64,000 bases of DNA from a phage, in NCBI GenBank assembly GCA_024682255.1, contig GCA_024682255.1_4716.1, one strand, 5' to 3'. A program made the translations under genes and the position numbers. This document shows positions 60,619 to 64,000 of this stretch, one piece after another (the first letter of the stretch is position 1; each line of letters begins with the position of its first letter). A model generated the notes under the pieces. It was not told where the DNA came from. It ran no database searches and was given only the letters and a program-made list of their open reading frames with translations.

Positions 60619-61769
60619 TTATTTAGCGTCGTTAAAGTAAATATCAACAGCTCGTTCCGTTGCGTAGAGGAGACCAAGATTCACAGTCCCAACCACTTCC
60701 GGTGAACCGATGATACGGTTAGCGATACTGGTGCCACTGAAGATAGCATCAAGGGTGTGCCCGTCTTCGGTTTTGTTCACACCATGACCCACGGAAGAGA
60801 CAACGGATTTCGCTTGAGCTGCGAAGGTACCTTTATCACCCATCCCCGCACCAAGGTCGTAACGCATGAAAATACGGATGGCGATCTGGTTCTCGCCTAA
60901 CGGATTACCGTCTATTCTCACGTTACTGTTATTGATACGCCCCGTTGTTGCTTCGTTGAGTTTCAGTTCCTTAACGCGTTTAGCTCGTGCTTTATCCGCT
61001 TCACCGACGAGCGCTGCCATGGTTTCACTCATATCCTCAATCTGAGCGCGGTACAGTACATCGATCTGTACAACTTCACCATGAACGTCAGCACGTGGGT
61101 TATACTGACTCATACGACGTAATGCTTCAACGGCTTCCTGACTCTCATCACTCAGATCGGTTGCAATCGGTTCTTCCAGTGTTGCAAGGATCGTTCGAGG
61201 TTCAACGTGATCGCCGATTTTCACGAGACCGCGAATGTTGAGATGGGCGTCAACGATAAGCGTACGGCTCTTAATCGATGGTGTTACGAGACGATCGGCA
61301 AGATTGTCGAAGATATACGAACTGTCCTCGTGGGTCTCTGGAATATCCAGAATACCGACAAGAGACAGCACGCCTGCGCGCCAAACAACCTGACCTGGGT
61401 TCCACCAGTCGCGTTTAAAATAAAGACGATGGAAAACCACCACATCCTGATCCTTAACGCGATCCCCGACTTTATAATCGGTAATGAGATCGTGAGGATA
61501 ATACTTACCTGGTCCTTTCCCGATTATCGTACCGAGCTGGAAAACCTCTTCCCCTAACTCTGGATCGTCGTACTGTATCGTCAGCGCAGTTTTGGTGACC
61601 TTCTTGACAACACCATCGCCTTGGGCGGCAGCTGCGAAGAGTTTACCAACACGATGCGCGATAACAGTCTCACCGCCGGTGCGCCACGGTTGTACATCGT
61701 AACCTTCAGCAGCAATCATGCGGTTGTGCTGTATACCTATAAATACCAATCTCTTGGGCGAATTTAGTT
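60619..61769 (-). CDS. RNA polymerase beta-like subunit (second beta gene), exon 2 / middle segment
   Basis: VGILDIPETHEDSSYIFDNL ~ E. coli [33 protein letters not shown] ~ SGTVIDVQVFTRD; IAIRIFMRYDLGAGMGDKGTF...SVVS ~ [29 protein letters not shown]. No ATG at ORF start (annotated start is TTG), frame open back to 61770; 5' boundary approximate. Confidence 0.6.
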
Positions 61770-62261
61770 CTTATTCAACATAATCGTACTATTACCAGAA
61801 TAAGACTGAGATTAGATTGTTCAGATAAGGTCGTTGCTTGAAACGATCGTTTCAGCGCTCATCTTATCCCGGAGGCGACGATAGGCACATCACCTCCCGC
61901 TTGCGCTCTCACGCAAGAGCAGACTATATCACATCTCGTTTCAAACGGTGCTTCTTCAGCACCTCAACGAGAGTTCACTTCTTCCCAGCGCATCCAGCGC
62001 CATTCTCTTATCCAAGGAGAATGCCTCACTCGAGGGGTACAGGGGGATGAATCCCTTAGTCGTTGAACCTTTACCTTAGAACGCTTCACAGCGATCCTTA
62101 GGTACTTGGCTGCGGATTGTCCTTAAGCTATTATCTGTTTTTATACCATACCGTCTTTCTTTTCAGAATCCGTTTTGGTCGATAACAGCGATGGATGTCT
62201 TCGCAATTCAGTGAATCTCATCTACATGTCGCCACATAGACGGACCCTGCTATTAAAAGCG
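61770..62261 (-). ncRNA. group I intron C (ORF-less, about 0.5 kb) in beta gene
   Basis: Minus-strand core elements in order: P TGAATTGCGAAGAC (62197-62210), Q AATCCGCAGC (62109-62118), R GTTCAACGACTAAG (62055-62068), S GATATAGTC (61922-61930; P7 GACTA/TAGTC); sits between two beta-homologous ORFs that are consecutive in the beta alignment; exact splice sites not resolved. Confidence 0.6.
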
Positions 62262-64000
62262 TTAATCATCTCTATCAGCAGCAGGTACTGCAAGTGCTGA
62301 TGTACTCATTATTGACGAGCTACCATCCGTTTTCTCGTCGTAGGGTTTCGTTTCACCGTATACAGACACAATGTTTGCGTTAGGTGCAAGGTAAGCAGAG
62401 ATACCTACGTCCCCACTATCCTTCGTACCTTCGGATACAACACCAATGTCCGACTTGTCGTATTCACGATCGCGTGCGCGTCGAAGCGATGTCTTTGAAC
62501 GACCCCCAATACCGGTCATCGTCGCTTCTTCACCCTGCTTGATATCCAGCATCGGGTTGGTTTCATCGATCACGATGGAAGCACTGTCGTCGAGAATTTG
62601 GTTCCAGACACTTACCGGACTGATTGAGATTTTCTGGCGATTTCCTTGACTGCTGTTCTCATTCTGACGAATAGCGCCAACCAGATCCTTATACACCAAT
62701 TCAGCGAACTTATCGTACGTTTTAAAACGTTGGTAGTTCACATCGTTCGTGTTAGGAGCCCAATCATCCAGAAGCAATTCAACAGCACGCAGTAACAACA
62801 TGGCGAAATCGGTAGGTTCTCCCATGTTCTGCAGCAACATACGGCTTACCGGATCAACGAAAAGACGCTCCATGAGTTCAAGTTCGCGTAAATGACGAAC
62901 CTTAAGTCCGGCACCATCGACAACGTTAAAATAGATATCTCGATTGTCAAAAGCGCCGCGAGCGTAACCAATGTAGTTACGGTATTCGTTAAACCCACCC
63001 AGCAACAACGTCGTCATGCGGTCGTCTTTACTGAAGATCAAACTTTCGTCGTCAAAGCTCACCGCGAATTCATCGGGTGCTAGACCCATACGAGAACCGC
63101 GAGGTACCGTACGATAGTTTGCTTTAAGATGTTCTAATAACGGGGTGAGTCCGCCCAGATAACTTAGAACAACACCGACCGGAATACGTACACCCATGAA
63201 TTCAAGATCGGCAGCTTCGATCGGCATCTTGGCCGCATTGATGCCGAAGAAATCAGGGAACGTCCCTACAGGTGTTGGTGTTTGTCCTGACTGACAGATA
63301 TAGAGCTGATTGCGTTTATCGATTGCTAAGAATTCACCCAGCGTGTTACGCGCAAACGTCAGGAGCCCTTCGGCTAACTGTTCGTTGAACCGATCTTCCC
63401 CAATGAACTCCGGTAGCGTTTTTATATCGAGACGTATATCCCAATCAGCAAATTGGATTTGGGTATAATTGCGCGCAAGCACAGCGAAGTAGTACGGAAC
63501 TTTGACAGCTGGATCAAAGACGTTACCACGTTTTAACGTGGTTAAGGGTGAGGACTTATCGTAATACATCGCTGTAAGTTGACGTGTTAGCCAACGACCC
63601 GCATTATTAACGACGCGCTCTGAACGTTTAACAAACACCTTACCGTAGGCGGTACTCAATGCAACTTCGGATGACGATACCTTTCTAATAGGTTTATCAA
63701 CACGTTGTTTACGCATCCGGTATTTGATGCCGTTAACGACATAAATGCCGTCCTTACGAACCTTCGGCAACATCACCGGGAACGTGGTCGGGACACCGCC
63801 TACAGGAGCCAGTTTAATCGTGATGACTTGATAATCCCCCATCACGTCAACGACATCTTCAACTTTATATCCCGTGACAGGGTAACCTGCCTGCTGTACC
63901 GCAACAACGGCAGCTGCGATGTCCTTTTGCATTACGTGTTCGACGTAATGTTTATCCCACACCGCGAGCGTCGATTTACATAAGCTCTTGTCGACGATAA
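62262..64000 (-). CDS. RNA polymerase beta-like subunit (second beta gene), exon 1; 5' end beyond window
   Basis: TGIGGRSKTSLRRARDREYDKSDIGVVSEGTKDSGDVGISAYLAPNANIVSVYGE ~ E. coli beta [52 protein letters not shown]; frame open to window edge (annotated start is GTG). Confidence 0.7.
   Translation of the reverse strand, partial: IVDKSLCKSTLAVWDKHYVEHVMQKDIAAAVVAVQQAGYPVTGYKVEDVVDVMGDYQVITIKLAPVGGVPTTFPVMLPKVRKDGIYVVNGIKYRMRKQRVDKPIRKVSSSEVALSTAYGKVFVKRSERVVNNAGRWLTRQLTAMYYDKSSPLTTLKRGNVFDPAVKVPYYFAVLARNYTQIQFADWDIRLDIKTLPEFIGEDRFNEQLAEGLLTFARNTLGEFLAIDKRNQLYICQSGQTPTPVGTFPDFFGINAAKMPIEAADLEFMGVRIPVGVVLSYLGGLTPLLEHLKANYRTVPRGSRMGLAPDEFAVSFDDESLIFSKDDRMTTLLLGGFNEYRNYIGYARGAFDNRDIYFNVVDGAGLKVRHLRELELMERLFVDPVSRMLLQNMGEPTDFAMLLLRAVELLLDDWAPNTNDVNYQRFKTYDKFAELVYKDLVGAIRQNENSSQGNRQKISISPVSVWNQILDDSASIVIDETNPMLDIKQGEEATMTGIGGRSKTSLRRARDREYDKSDIGVVSEGTKDSGDVGISAYLAPNANIVSVYGETKPYDEKTDGSSSIMSTSALAVPAADRDD

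Noticed and set aside
1-64000. CRISPR array or prophage integration junctions
   Set aside because: No regularly spaced direct repeats, no integrase, no host-like genes; whole window is phage-like

Overview
This 64-kb window looks like part of a phiKZ-like "jumbo" (nucleus-forming) myovirus genome from a Gram-negative host, not a bacterial chromosome. Gene density is high, about 60 ORFs are co-directional on the minus strand, and no rRNA, tRNA or CRISPR was seen. Everything below comes from reading the sequence and ORF track by eye; no database search or folding was run. Recognisable products: split multisubunit RNA polymerase pieces (beta-prime N-terminal, beta-prime C-terminal, one beta C-terminal piece, and a second beta gene in two exons), an SF2 helicase, an Mre11/SbcD-type nuclease, a tubulin-like PhuZ, a candidate nuclear-shell (chimallin-like) protein, terminase large subunit, and a putative tail sheath/tube pair. 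The main finding is three group I self-splicing introns inside RNA polymerase genes, each with recognisable P, Q, R and S core elements. Intron A (about 1.4 kb, carrying an HNH homing endonuclease) splits the beta-prime catalytic NADFDGD motif; its guide sequence pairs with both flanking exons and splicing restores NADF-DGD. A 13-nt mini-exon and a second, ORF-less intron B appear to follow it, and an ORF-less intron C splits a beta gene. Intron B and C boundaries are less certain than intron A. Also noted: a conserved TATATTAC early-promoter-like motif, a family of CCTCCC/GGGAGG intergenic hairpins acting as terminators, and a possible SSB-like protein.
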